NCBI GenBank assembly: GCA_963665095.1 | Contig: OY762069.1 | Span: 5,376,001 to 5,440,000 of the forward strand | Direction: 5' to 3' | DNA length: 64,000 bases | Source: an uncultured Desulfobacter sp. | GTDB lineage: Bacteria > Desulfobacterota > Desulfobacteria > Desulfobacterales > Desulfobacteraceae | In this document: in pieces, positions 38,631 to 48,433 of the stretch | Layout of the letters: every line of letters begins with the position of its first letter | How positions within the stretch are numbered: position 1 is the first letter of the stretch | Notes under the pieces: generated by a model | What the model was told of the DNA's origin: nothing | Seen by the model: only the letters and a program-made list of their open reading frames with translations | Database searches by the model: none | Translations under genes and position numbers: made by a program

Positions 38631-39029
38631 TTGATCATAAGGATACGCAGGTCCCATGAACTGGGAGGCATGTGTTTTCTGTGGGTGTATGATATTGTCA
38701 AATATCTTGTATTCAGAAGCCTTTTGGAAAGCAGGGGCATTGACCCGCTGATTTTCCTGTTTCTTGACATGGTTACCGTTCCCCTGTTTGTTATCGGATC
38801 TGCCCGTCTGATTAACTCTTTGGCCGGCCGGGTCATGGCGTGGCAACGGGTGCTGGGGTGGGGTATCATTGTGCTGTTCAATACCTTTCTTCCTTACATA
38901 TATGCAGCCATGGCCGGGGGGGCACAGTTTGACACAACGGCCTGGATCGTGTTCTGGGGGCTGATTGTACTGATGCTTGCCAACCTGGTCCGAACCATCC
39001 AGGCCGGGGTTGTATCCCGGAAACGGTAA
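38631..39029 (+). CDS. Small hypothetical membrane protein
   Basis: 3-4 hydrophobic segments; abuts the lgt-like stop; start uncertain. Confidence 0.55.
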   Translation: MIIRIRRSHELGGMCFLWVYDIVKYLVFRSLLESRGIDPLIFLFLDMVTVPLFVIGSARLINSLAGRVMAWQRVLGWGIIVLFNTFLPYIYAAMAGGAQFDTTAWIVFWGLIVLMLANLVRTIQAGVVSRKR

Positions 39030-39160
39030 AAATCCAATGACCTGCCAGGGTGTGGTGTGATAGATTCATCGTGGTAATTTGTCAGGGGCAGATTTGTTTC
39101 TTGCAAAATAAATCCTGACGCAATTAATCTGCGGTGATAACTTTCATGAAAGGCAGGAAT

Positions 39161-39814
39161 ATGAACGCACAGGTATCTGAGGTGTTTGACCAGCATTATA
39201 ATGCTTACCTGGCGCAACTGGCAAATCTGGACCTGGCAGCTATCGGCACTGTTGCCGGCGGGCAGATTCATGCCGATGGCCGGGGAAACGTCCGGGTCGC
39301 CATTCCCTATTTCAACAGTCGCTACTTTGTATCCCCTGATGGTGTGGAAAATGAGTCGGGCGGACGGCCCGGATATGATACCTGTACCATTTTATGCCGG
39401 TATCTGATCATGGCGGCCACTTGGATACAGTCGCCACTGCCGCCTGGGATCCCTGAGTGGGTGAATTTTCGGGATCTTAAGGATTCCGGGCCGCTCACCG
39501 TCTACTTCCGGGACAATGCCGAGGCGGCCATCCCCAACGCCCTTGGCGGAAAAGAGGAGGGCCTGTCTGCCATTCTGGCCCCTTTCAAAGGTCAGATTCC
39601 GGACATGAATCTGCAATACGACCTGGCCCTTGAGATCACAGCCCTTCCCCTGGTGCCCATGCTGCTGCTTTACAACGCTGCTGAGCCTGGTTTTCCCGCC
39701 TCCTGTTCGATTCTGTTCCGGAAAAATGTTGAAACGTTTCTGGATGCTGAATGCATTGCCATGGCCGGATACCGCCTGGGCACACTGGTTAAAGTCTTTT
39801 CATCTGAGTTTTAG
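39161..39814 (+). CDS. DUF3786-like protein
   Basis: IPYFNSRY, ILCRYL, WVNFRDLKD, ALPLVP...EPGFPASCSILF...FLDAECIA pattern. Confidence 0.7.
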   Translation: MNAQVSEVFDQHYNAYLAQLANLDLAAIGTVAGGQIHADGRGNVRVAIPYFNSRYFVSPDGVENESGGRPGYDTCTILCRYLIMAATWIQSPLPPGIPEWVNFRDLKDSGPLTVYFRDNAEAAIPNALGGKEEGLSAILAPFKGQIPDMNLQYDLALEITALPLVPMLLLYNAAEPGFPASCSILFRKNVETFLDAECIAMAGYRLGTLVKVFSSEF

Positions 39815-39830
39815 GTCGGTTTCCGGCGGT

Positions 39831-40011
39831 TTAATCCTGGGGCACTTGTCTGAGCAGCCCTTCCTGGGCCACACTGGCCACCTGCCTGTCCTGGGACCAT
39901 AAGGTTTTGCCGTGGGGATACAGGGCTGTTGAAATAATATGAAAATCAGTGGGCATAGGCCAGCATGTCCCTGCGGGGTGCGGCATCATCAGGCAGGCTT
40001 TTTATTGTCAT
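39831..40011 (-). pseudogene. tesB: Acyl-CoA thioesterase II (TesB-like) remnant with frameshift and internal deletion
   Basis: LPDDAAPRRDMLAYA/(+1)TDFHIISTALYPHGKTLWSQDRQVAS|VAQEGLLRQVPQD* matches TesB segments PDD...LGYASD...ALQPHG...QIAT and VASTVQEG. Confidence 0.7.
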
Positions 40012-40113
40012 ACAACGCCATATGATTGGCATGATTCGCATTTGCTTGCCCTTTAATCTCTTAATTGCTATGTATAGTGCCTCATGACTGTAAACACAAG
40101 AGGGGAAAGGCTA

Positions 40114-41025
40114 ATGAAGTTCACGGGGGTGTCAGATGTACAGCAGCGATTGGAAGATGTTGACTATATCCCCAGCACGGAAATTGCCACCATCATCTAT
40201 CTGGCCCAGGAGGCCCGGAAACCGGTTCTGGTGGAAGGCCCTGCCGGTGTGGGGAAAACTGAGCTTGCCAAATGCGTGGCGCTCTGCCTTGGCCGGGAGA
40301 TGATCCGGCTTCAGTGCTATGAGGGGCTTGATGAATCCAAGGCCCTGTATGAGTGGGCCTATGCCAAACAGCTGCTCTATACCCAGATGCTCAAGGAGAA
40401 AATCGGGGATGTGGTGGCGGCGTCCTCCAGTCTGGCTGAGGCGGTGGATGCCATCTCCCGGCACGAAGACGCTTTTTTTTCAGACCGGTTTATCCAGACC
40501 CGGCCCCTGCTTGCCGCCATCTCCTCACCTGATCCGGTGGTGCTGCTGGTGGATGAGATCGACAAGTCTGACCCTGAATTTGAAGCGTTTTTGCTCGAAC
40601 TGCTCTCTGATTTTCAGGTCACCATCCCCGAGCTTGGCACCATCAGGGCCACTACCCGGCCATTTGTCTTTCTGACCTCCAATAACTACCGGGATATGAG
40701 TGACGCCCTAAAAAGGCGCTGTATTCATATCTACATTGATTACCCGGACATGGAGACCGAGCGGCGCATTGTGGCAAAGAAACTGCCCGGCATTGGCGCA
40801 CGCCTGCTGGAACAGGTGGTTTCGGTGGTGGCCGGTATCCGGGAGCTGGATTTGAAAAAACGGCCTTGCATTTCCGAAACCATTGACTGGGCAAGATCGC
40901 TGATGATTCTGCAGAAAGAGACCCTGACCCCTGATGTGCTGGATCAGACACTGAACACCCTTTGCAAGCATAAAGCCGATTATGCGGTGGTCAGATCCAG
41001 GATCCGGGAACTGGCTGAAGGGTAA
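40114..41025 (+). CDS. MoxR-family AAA+ ATPase (CoxD-like)
   Basis: EGPAGVGKTE, RLQCYEGLDE, ALYEW, LVDEIDK, FEAFLLE, DALKRRC. Confidence 0.9.
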   Translation: MKFTGVSDVQQRLEDVDYIPSTEIATIIYLAQEARKPVLVEGPAGVGKTELAKCVALCLGREMIRLQCYEGLDESKALYEWAYAKQLLYTQMLKEKIGDVVAASSSLAEAVDAISRHEDAFFSDRFIQTRPLLAAISSPDPVVLLVDEIDKSDPEFEAFLLELLSDFQVTIPELGTIRATTRPFVFLTSNNYRDMSDALKRRCIHIYIDYPDMETERRIVAKKLPGIGARLLEQVVSVVAGIRELDLKKRPCISETIDWARSLMILQKETLTPDVLDQTLNTLCKHKADYAVVRSRIRELAEG

Positions 41026-41034
41026 AAGAGAACC

Positions 41035-42450
41035 GTGAAAGAGCCGGTCCTGGAGTTTTCTGCCTGCTGCCGGGCCAATGGTATGCGTATTTCAACGGCA
41101 GAAGTGCTGGATTGCCTCTCCCAGCTCGATTCCCTGAATGCCTGTGATGAAAATCGGTTTCATACCATCCTGCGTGCCAATTTTGCCAAAAGCCGGCGGG
41201 ACCAGACAGAGTTTGAGCGTCTCTATACCCTTTTTTTCAAGGAGATGAAAAAACAGGGCCTGCCAGCGGTGTTGGACGGGGAAATTCCTGAGGAAGATGC
41301 CCCCCTGCCCGGCCAGGATCTGGCACAAATTATAGACGTTAGAGCACTGAAACAGGATTTGGGAACCACGGATCTGGACCATGCCCTGCTGGATATGCTC
41401 AATGGCGATCCCAAGGCCTTTATTGCTGTGGTCCGCCAGATCCATGACCAGGAAACAGAAGCCACCCAGGCTGTAAAATCAAACCTGGGCCAGCTCACCG
41501 GGCGACTTGAGGTAATGCTTTCCATCAATAAAATGCGCCAGAAGGTGGTTCAGTTTTTAGGCGGACCCGATGCCCCTGTGGACCCTTCAGAGCGCAGGCG
41601 CTTTGAGATGGTGGCTGAGCAGCGGTTTCAAAAGGCGTTGACATTTTTAAATGAGGATGTGCAGCCGGATAATGCCGGCCTGAAATCAGCCGGTCCCGGA
41701 GATCTGCGCTATCCTGGCCTGGGTCAGGTCCCTTTTTCCAATCTTACCCATAACGAGATCGTCCGGGTCCAGGAGGTGGTGGATGAGTGGGTCAGAAAGC
41801 TCAATGAAATATCAAGCTTAAGGTTCGCTGCTGCCAGAAAGGGCATGGTGGATGTTAAACGCACCATCCGCCGGTCAGGACGCTATCTCGGGGTCCCTGT
41901 GGAAATTGTGCGTAAAAATAAACCCCTGCGCAAGGGCAAGATTGTCACCCTGTGCGATGTGTCCGGTTCGGTCTGGTCCACAGCCCGGTTTATGCTCAAT
42001 GTCCTTTATTCCCTCCAGGTGTGCTTTGCCCGGGTAAAATCCTATATTTTCATTGAGAGGCCCCTGGAGGTGAGTGACTATTTCCTGAATCACGATGCCA
42101 ATGGGGCCGCAAAAAAAATCCTGCAGGACAAACGCATCAATTACAATGCCAGAACCGACTATGGACTGGTGTTTCAGGAGTTCCGGGATCACCATTTAGG
42201 GGACCTGGACAAAAAGACCACCCTGATTCTCATCGGCGACGGCCGTTCCAATTATCTCAACCCCAGGGAGCCCGTACTGGAAACATTGCGTGATCGCTGC
42301 CGGCGGCTGGTCTGGCTTAACCCCGAGCAGGAGCGGTTCTGGGGCACCGGGGACTCTGAAATGCTGCGTTACCGGCACTATTGCAACGAGGCCCGGGCCT
42401 GCGGCAACCTCAACCAGCTCATTGATTTTATACAGGACCTGGTGCTGTAG
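41035..42450 (+). CDS. VWA domain protein (CoxE-like)
   Basis: CDVSGSV MIDAS, TDYG, IGDGRSN, WLNPE, WGTGDS. Confidence 0.88.
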   Translation: MKEPVLEFSACCRANGMRISTAEVLDCLSQLDSLNACDENRFHTILRANFAKSRRDQTEFERLYTLFFKEMKKQGLPAVLDGEIPEEDAPLPGQDLAQIIDVRALKQDLGTTDLDHALLDMLNGDPKAFIAVVRQIHDQETEATQAVKSNLGQLTGRLEVMLSINKMRQKVVQFLGGPDAPVDPSERRRFEMVAEQRFQKALTFLNEDVQPDNAGLKSAGPGDLRYPGLGQVPFSNLTHNEIVRVQEVVDEWVRKLNEISSLRFAAARKGMVDVKRTIRRSGRYLGVPVEIVRKNKPLRKGKIVTLCDVSGSVWSTARFMLNVLYSLQVCFARVKSYIFIERPLEVSDYFLNHDANGAAKKILQDKRINYNARTDYGLVFQEFRDHHLGDLDKKTTLILIGDGRSNYLNPREPVLETLRDRCRRLVWLNPEQERFWGTGDSEMLRYRHYCNEARACGNLNQLIDFIQDLVL

Positions 42451-42542
42451 CAAAGCTCCTGGGTGCATTTGCCTGCACGGTGGCCTGCAAATGGCCGCCA
42501 CAATTTACCGGCTTTTGAAAAAGAGAAGGGAAGATAATTACC

Positions 42543-43658
42543 ATGGAAGCCTCCTTTTTAAATCGTCTTGAATCCTTTGCCCAAAAATATATCCTGACCC
42601 GGCCGGATTTAGGAAAAACCAACCTGCTCCCTGAAGAGATTCGGACTGCCATGGGAGAACTGGGCCTGCTTGATCCCTGGATGCTGGCAGATCCGGGCCA
42701 GGGGCTATGCGGTGATGCGGCGGCTGGTGCCATGACGCTGGTTGAGGCTGGCGGGTGTTTAGGCCTCGCACTGTCCTGGATCGTTCACCACCTGGTGTCC
42801 AGGGCCCTTGTGTTTTCTTCTTTGGGTGGTGTGGTAGATGAGAAGATCAGAGCTGATATCCGTGCCGGAAAGTCAACCATCTGCTTTGCTGTGTCCGAAC
42901 CCGATGCCGGTGCACATCCCAAATATCTGACTGCCCGGGCCCGGGAAGAAACGGGTGGATTTGTACTGAACGGAAGAAAAGCCTTTTTGACCAACGGACC
43001 CATTGCAGGCCATTTTCTGGTGGTGGCCATTACCGGGCAGAACCAGAAGAGAAAAGAGTTTTCCGCATTCCTTGTTGGCCGGAATACTCCGGGGCTGAAG
43101 GTGGCGGAGCCCATGGAGATCCCTTTTTTTAAACCCTGTCCCCACGGGGAAATTTCCCTTGAAAACTGTATGGTGAGTAAACGTGCCCTGGTGGGCATCC
43201 AGGGAGATGCCTGGCCCGCCATGGTCCTTCCCTTCAGAAAGATGGAAGATGCTGTCATGACCGGACCGGTGGCAGGTGCCATGGCAGTGATGCTGGAAAG
43301 GGCTGCCGTACAGATGAAAGGTCTCGGCTCCCTTGGCCGGGATGAGATACAGGTTTTGGGTGCTCTTAAGGCCCAAGTGGATGCCGCGGGCTTTTTATCT
43401 CGCAGTATCGCCCGCATGGCAGACCAGCCCGATCTCCCGGAACACCGTATTATGGACAGCCTGATCATGCATTTCAGGCAAAGTGCGGCCCTGTTTCTGG
43501 CGCAGTTGAAAGCTGTTTGTCAAAAGACCGGTTGCCCACCGGTTCCGCCTGCCGATATTCTGGAAAGGGATCTTTCCATGTCCGGCAATATCTCCAAAAG
43601 AACCCGGGAGGCAAAACAGGAAAAAATGGGGACCCGGCTGCTCGTGGGCGATCTCTGA
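42543..43658 (+). CDS. Acyl-CoA dehydrogenase family protein
   Basis: CFAVSEPDAG, LNGRKAFLTNGP, FSAFLV..TPG. Confidence 0.82.
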   Translation: MEASFLNRLESFAQKYILTRPDLGKTNLLPEEIRTAMGELGLLDPWMLADPGQGLCGDAAAGAMTLVEAGGCLGLALSWIVHHLVSRALVFSSLGGVVDEKIRADIRAGKSTICFAVSEPDAGAHPKYLTARAREETGGFVLNGRKAFLTNGPIAGHFLVVAITGQNQKRKEFSAFLVGRNTPGLKVAEPMEIPFFKPCPHGEISLENCMVSKRALVGIQGDAWPAMVLPFRKMEDAVMTGPVAGAMAVMLERAAVQMKGLGSLGRDEIQVLGALKAQVDAAGFLSRSIARMADQPDLPEHRIMDSLIMHFRQSAALFLAQLKAVCQKTGCPPVPPADILERDLSMSGNISKRTREAKQEKMGTRLLVGDL

Positions 43659-43710
43659 TTCATCTGTTTAAGTGATTCCCTTTCAAAAAAGTTTGTGATA
43701 TTAAAAATGT

Positions 43711-44082
43711 ATGAGTAAAGATACCCCATTTATTATACGGTCAAAAGTCTGGATAGAAGACAGCACAGGCAAGGTGATTTTTGGTCTGGGTCGGTTTAAA
43801 ATCCTGTCTGCCATAGAGCAGTATGGCTCAATCAATGCTGCGGCAAAGGAACTTAAAATGGGATACCGGGCCATGTGGGGCAAGATAAAGGCCACTGAAG
43901 AGGGCCTGGGCAGGCCTTTGCTGATCCGGAATGCCGGGGGAACTTCCGGCGGCGGATCTACACTAACCCCTCTGGCCAGGAAACTGCTGGCGGAATTTAA
44001 AAACGTCCACTCCCATGTCCTGACCGAATCTGATGTGTTTTTTGAAAAAGTTTTTGAAAAAGAGATCAAAGATGAGATCTGA
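43711..44082 (+). CDS. ModE N-terminal-type winged-HTH regulator
   Basis: FGLGRFKIL, GSINAAAKELKMGYR.MW, GGTSGGGSTLT; no molybdate-binding domain. Confidence 0.85.
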   Translation: MSKDTPFIIRSKVWIEDSTGKVIFGLGRFKILSAIEQYGSINAAAKELKMGYRAMWGKIKATEEGLGRPLLIRNAGGTSGGGSTLTPLARKLLAEFKNVHSHVLTESDVFFEKVFEKEIKDEI

Positions 44083-44138
44083 TTAAGCTTGGGTCTTCAG
44101 ACAGGCGTTTAATCGCAAACCAAGGACAGCAGCAGCCA

Positions 44139-44717
44139 ATGCCAATTAAATTCTGCAGTCAGTGCGGCAGCACCATGATTCAGCAGACACCTGAAGATGA
44201 TGATCATATCCGGGCGGTCTGCAGTTCATGCGGCTATGTTCATTATGAAAATCCCAAAATGGTTGTGGGTACGATTCCGATTTTAAAAGACAGGATCCTT
44301 ATGTGTAAACGCAATATTGAACCACGCAAAGGATGCTGGACCCTTCCGGCCGGATACCTTGAAAACGGAGAGTCTGTTCAGCAGGGCGCGGTACGCGAAA
44401 CACTGGAGGAATCTTTGGCAGAGGTCAATATTCTCAGCCCTTACAGAATGTTTAATATTCTTTTTGTGGACCAGATCTACATGATGTTTATTGCTGAGCT
44501 GTTGTCGGACGATTTCGGCCCCACGCCGGAAAGCACGGATGTGCGTCTCTTTTCCGAAACAGAGATTCCATGGGATAATATCGCCTTTGAGGTGATCCGG
44601 CAGACACTGGAAGACTTTTTTCTGGATCGGAAAGGCAGTGGACCACAGACAAAAGACAATGGGTTTCCCTTTCGAATCAAGGATCTGGAATTTCACCCGG
44701 CAAAAGGGATTTCGTGA
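44139..44717 (+). CDS. Nudix hydrolase with N-terminal zinc ribbon
   Basis: FCSQCG...CSSCG..HYENPK; Nudix box LPAGYLENGESVQQGAVRETLEE. Confidence 0.9.
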   Translation: MPIKFCSQCGSTMIQQTPEDDDHIRAVCSSCGYVHYENPKMVVGTIPILKDRILMCKRNIEPRKGCWTLPAGYLENGESVQQGAVRETLEESLAEVNILSPYRMFNILFVDQIYMMFIAELLSDDFGPTPESTDVRLFSETEIPWDNIAFEVIRQTLEDFFLDRKGSGPQTKDNGFPFRIKDLEFHPAKGIS

Positions 44718-44733
44718 AATAAGGCCGCCTGCC

Positions 44734-45639
44734 TCATTTCAGGAGGCAGGCAGTAAACTCTTTAAAAAACTGCAGGTCAAATTTTCCTGCCAGAACCTCT
44801 TTTTTTATCAGATTCAATGTGTCAAACGGGGTTTTTGCCTTGCGGAATGCTTTGTTTCTGAACGTTAACGCCTCAAAGCTGTCAATGAACCCGATGATTT
44901 GACTCTGGCGGCAGATAATGTCAGTGCCTGAGGGGTAACCGCTCTTATCAAGCCGCTCATGGTGCTCCAGAGCCACATTTGCCACGGCAATATTAAAGTC
45001 CGTATGCATGATGATCATATCGTGGCCCAGCTCCGGGTGGGTTTTGTACTGTTCAAACTGCGCCTGGGTCAGCCGATCCTTTGATTCAAGAATATCGTGG
45101 TCTAAAAATACCGTTCCCAGATCGTGAAGCATGGCGCACAGCCCTAAAATCCGTGTTTCCTTTTCAGGAAAGCGGCGATAGAAACAATAGGCCATGGTCA
45201 GGGCCAGCACATTAATCGTGTGCTCCACGGTCATCACTTCTGAGCTCGCCTGTTCTTTCGCCAGTTCCTCCATGAATTTATGATCCCGGCCGGCCCCGCG
45301 TAAAAAAATATCAATGGTGTCATGCAGTGCGGGAGCTGCCTTTTCCTGTCTTGGCATCAGCACTTCATGCAGGATCTGGGCGAGCACGGTTTTTATCCGG
45401 AACAGATTTTGGGAGTCAAACTGTCTTTCCAGTTCAAAATTCAGCCCTTTTGTAATTTTTCCCAAAGCTTTATTCCTGTCTTCTTCAGGAATAAACAACT
45501 GGGGAAGTCCGTCGGTTTTGGACATGTCCCTTCCTTCGGGTTTAAACGAAGTGAAGGCACCTTCTTTTGACTGGCTGAAAAGAGGTACGGCTTTAAGAAA
45601 TTGTAAATTAGATGCTCTAACCTTAATATAATCCGTCAC
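44734..45639 (-). CDS. HD-GYP domain protein
   Basis: EHTINV, LHDLG, HPELG, EHHERLDKSGYP. Confidence 0.85.
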   Translation of the reverse strand: MTDYIKVRASNLQFLKAVPLFSQSKEGAFTSFKPEGRDMSKTDGLPQLFIPEEDRNKALGKITKGLNFELERQFDSQNLFRIKTVLAQILHEVLMPRQEKAAPALHDTIDIFLRGAGRDHKFMEELAKEQASSEVMTVEHTINVLALTMAYCFYRRFPEKETRILGLCAMLHDLGTVFLDHDILESKDRLTQAQFEQYKTHPELGHDMIIMHTDFNIAVANVALEHHERLDKSGYPSGTDIICRQSQIIGFIDSFEALTFRNKAFRKAKTPFDTLNLIKKEVLAGKFDLQFFKEFTACLLK

Positions 45640-45706
45640 CAGATAAGCTCTTCCTGTTCATTAAAGGTTTGGGCTTTACCGTGAATCAGTATGAATGCCT
45701 AAAATT

Positions 45707-46525
45707 TTAAAGTATTTGATTCAGAATGTCAAACCGTTCAAACGGTGGCATGACACAGGCTCCTGAGAACTGTTCCCTTGCCAGATTCAGCATTTCTGAG
45801 GCATTCCTGATTCCTGGAATCAGAGCATCCGAAGCACTGGCCATCTCCTTGCGCAGCCCGCCAGGAACAGCGATGCCCGGCACTTTATCATGGAGGAAAT
45901 TGGCATGGGCCAGGGAAATCAGGGGCAGGATGCCCATGATAATTGGCACATGAATGTGCGCCAGGCCCTGTTTCAGCGCCATGGCGGTTTCCCCGTCGTA
46001 AACCGGCTGGGTGACGATGAATTGGCACCCGGCAGCCGCCTTTTTTTCAATGCGCCGGATTTCACCTGCCAGGCCGTTGGTCTCAGGTCTGAAATCAAGA
46101 ACGGCTCCTGTTTCAAGTCCTGTGTCTGCTGCCATGGCAATCAACTCGAAGACATTAAGATCGTTTACCGAAACGCCTCCATCCGCACTGTTTTTTCCTG
46201 AGGGGTCTCCGGTCAGGGCCAGAACCGTTTCAATGCCCAGTGCTTTTGCCCCCCATAACTCAGCCTGCAGTGCCAGCCGGTTGTGATCTCTGATTGTCAG
46301 ATGGAGAATGGCCGGCTTACCTGTATGCCGGGAAAGCAGACTGCAAAATGCCATGGCAGACATTTTAGGTTTTGCCACCGGATTGGACGCCACGCTGAAG
46401 GCATGAAAATCAAGGTCTGATAAACCGGCCAGTTTTTCAAGGAGAACCGCCGGATCGCTTCCGGCCGGCGGTACAACTTCAATGGTGATTCTAAACGGGC
46501 TGGTTTCAGATGGGTTAAACAGCAT
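45707..46525 (-). CDS. metF: Methylenetetrahydrofolate reductase family protein
   Basis: ITIEVVPP, ILHLTIRDHN, LALTGDP, KKAAAGCQFIVTQPVY, GILP. Confidence 0.82.
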   Translation of the reverse strand: MLFNPSETSPFRITIEVVPPAGSDPAVLLEKLAGLSDLDFHAFSVASNPVAKPKMSAMAFCSLLSRHTGKPAILHLTIRDHNRLALQAELWGAKALGIETVLALTGDPSGKNSADGGVSVNDLNVFELIAMAADTGLETGAVLDFRPETNGLAGEIRRIEKKAAAGCQFIVTQPVYDGETAMALKQGLAHIHVPIIMGILPLISLAHANFLHDKVPGIAVPGGLRKEMASASDALIPGIRNASEMLNLAREQFSGACVMPPFERFDILNQIL

Positions 46526-46736
46526 GATCCATCTCCTTTACTGTAATGATAATAATTTCTTATAAAATAGTACATTATGCTGCATGGTCAAATTTATTTA
46601 TGGAAACAGGATATTGTCAGCGTCTTCAGGGATCGAATTCCGGTTTGATTTTTTGAGGGGATTTGATTAGTATCCTTTAAATCTTTTACATCTAGTGAGT
46701 CGGCTTAAATCGAGTAAATGGGAATACCAGGGTTTT

Positions 46737-48392
46737 ATGGAGAACCAGTTAAAAAAAACAGCGTGTTTGTTATGGGCTTTATTTGCCGTTCTATATGTTT
46801 TCAGGGGATCAGGCGCAATTGCCGGCGCATGGGAGCATCGTGCAAAAAAAGACAATGTCCTGCGCTATGCCCTGCATGCCTCCCGCATGGGCTGCCTGGA
46901 CCCTGACTACCAAAAGGGCTCCCAGGACCGTGTCTATGCGGATATGGTATTTAACAGCCTGTGGCGGTATCTGCCAGGGGATGCAGGTCATATGGCGCCG
47001 GACCTTGCCCTTGATATGCCGGAGTTCAGGATGGAAAACGGCCGACAGATATGGACGGTTCAGCTGCGGCCCAAAGTCTATTTTCACGAAAGCCCCTATT
47101 CCTGCGCACATGAACTGATGGCCCGGGATGTGGTTTATTCCCTTGAGAAGGCGAGCGATCCTGAAAGGAGCTCCTCCGCCGGTTATTTTACACCCATGGC
47201 ATTTAAAATCCTTGACAGTCATACCCTGGAAATTTCTCTGGACAAGTCCATCTCCCCATTGTTTTTTCTGGCCAGACTCTCCAACTGGCATGGTGGATAC
47301 ATTTTGAGCAGGCAGGCCATTGAAAAGGGTGGGTATGACAATTTCTGCCGGTATCCCGTAGGCACAGGACCGTTCAAGTTTAAATCCTACAAAGATGGTG
47401 AAAAACTAGTGCTTACAGCCAACCCTGATTACTTCAGAGGCAGGCCAAAACTTGACGGGGTGGAAATTTACTTTATGCCGGACACGGAAAAGAGAGAGCA
47501 GGCATTTCTTTCAGGAGAGATGGACATTATATATGGAACCGGAGAGCCGGGCTGGATTGAAAAAATGGAAAAAGAACCTGGCGTCCTTGTGGATATCCTG
47601 GGACCCGGGTCCACGGGGCTGTTTCATTTTAATACCGCCATGCCACCCCTGAATGATATCCGTGTCAGGCGGGCACTGGCGGCAGGCCTCGACCGTAAGG
47701 CCTTCATGGAGGCCACTTCACCAAAACTGGTTACTGAGTGCCAATCCCCTATGTCACCCGCATTTCTGCCCGGGGGACTGAGTAATGAACAGATCGGGCA
47801 ACTGGCAATCGGATCGGAATATAATCCACATGCCGCTGTTGAACGGCTTAAGCAGGCCGGATATCCCCAGGGGTTTGACCTGGATGTGGTGGTGTCAGAA
47901 AAAAGAGTTTACAAAGAAAATTATCTTGTATTGAAATATTTGCTTGAACAGATCAACGTCCGGCTTAATCTGAAAATCGTTTCCCATGCCCGGTACCATC
48001 AGTTGGTCAGGAAGGATGTAAATCCAATTGTGCTTTACTTTTCCTTCCGGCCCAATGCAGATATTTACCTGAGAGGTTTTTTCCATTCAGATTCCATTGT
48101 TGTGACCGGTAAAACCCCCCAGACCAATTTTTCCCACTATTCCGGGATTGACAAAATTCTTGACGATGCACTGGGGACTATCGAACCGTTGCGTCAGATT
48201 TCTATGTGGCAGCAGTCCCAGATCAAACTGCTCAATGATGTGGTGGTATTTCCCCTGTTTGATATCAACCAGCTGTATGTCCGCAGGGACTATGTGGATT
48301 ATCACCACCCCCTTCGTTCATCATTGTGCGATTATCCACAATTTACGGAGGAGACCCGGCTGCAAAAAATCAGGCCGATATCAATCCGCTGA
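46737..48392 (+). CDS. ABC transporter substrate-binding protein, family 5 (peptide/nickel-like)
   Basis: LDP, PDLA, DVVYSL, PVGTGPFKF, ANPDYFRG.PKLD, DIRVRRA; hydrophobic N-terminal signal. Confidence 0.85.
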   Translation: MENQLKKTACLLWALFAVLYVFRGSGAIAGAWEHRAKKDNVLRYALHASRMGCLDPDYQKGSQDRVYADMVFNSLWRYLPGDAGHMAPDLALDMPEFRMENGRQIWTVQLRPKVYFHESPYSCAHELMARDVVYSLEKASDPERSSSAGYFTPMAFKILDSHTLEISLDKSISPLFFLARLSNWHGGYILSRQAIEKGGYDNFCRYPVGTGPFKFKSYKDGEKLVLTANPDYFRGRPKLDGVEIYFMPDTEKREQAFLSGEMDIIYGTGEPGWIEKMEKEPGVLVDILGPGSTGLFHFNTAMPPLNDIRVRRALAAGLDRKAFMEATSPKLVTECQSPMSPAFLPGGLSNEQIGQLAIGSEYNPHAAVERLKQAGYPQGFDLDVVVSEKRVYKENYLVLKYLLEQINVRLNLKIVSHARYHQLVRKDVNPIVLYFSFRPNADIYLRGFFHSDSIVVTGKTPQTNFSHYSGIDKILDDALGTIEPLRQISMWQQSQIKLLNDVVVFPLFDINQLYVRRDYVDYHHPLRSSLCDYPQFTEETRLQKIRPISIR

Positions 48393-48433
48393 TTGGGCTT
48401 GAAAAAGCCATATTTGTGCAAGGTTTCTGGTTT

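Noticed and set aside
40114..42450. Carbon monoxide dehydrogenase (cox) cluster
   Set aside because: Only the generic MoxR/VWA chaperone pair is present; no coxL/M/S genes.
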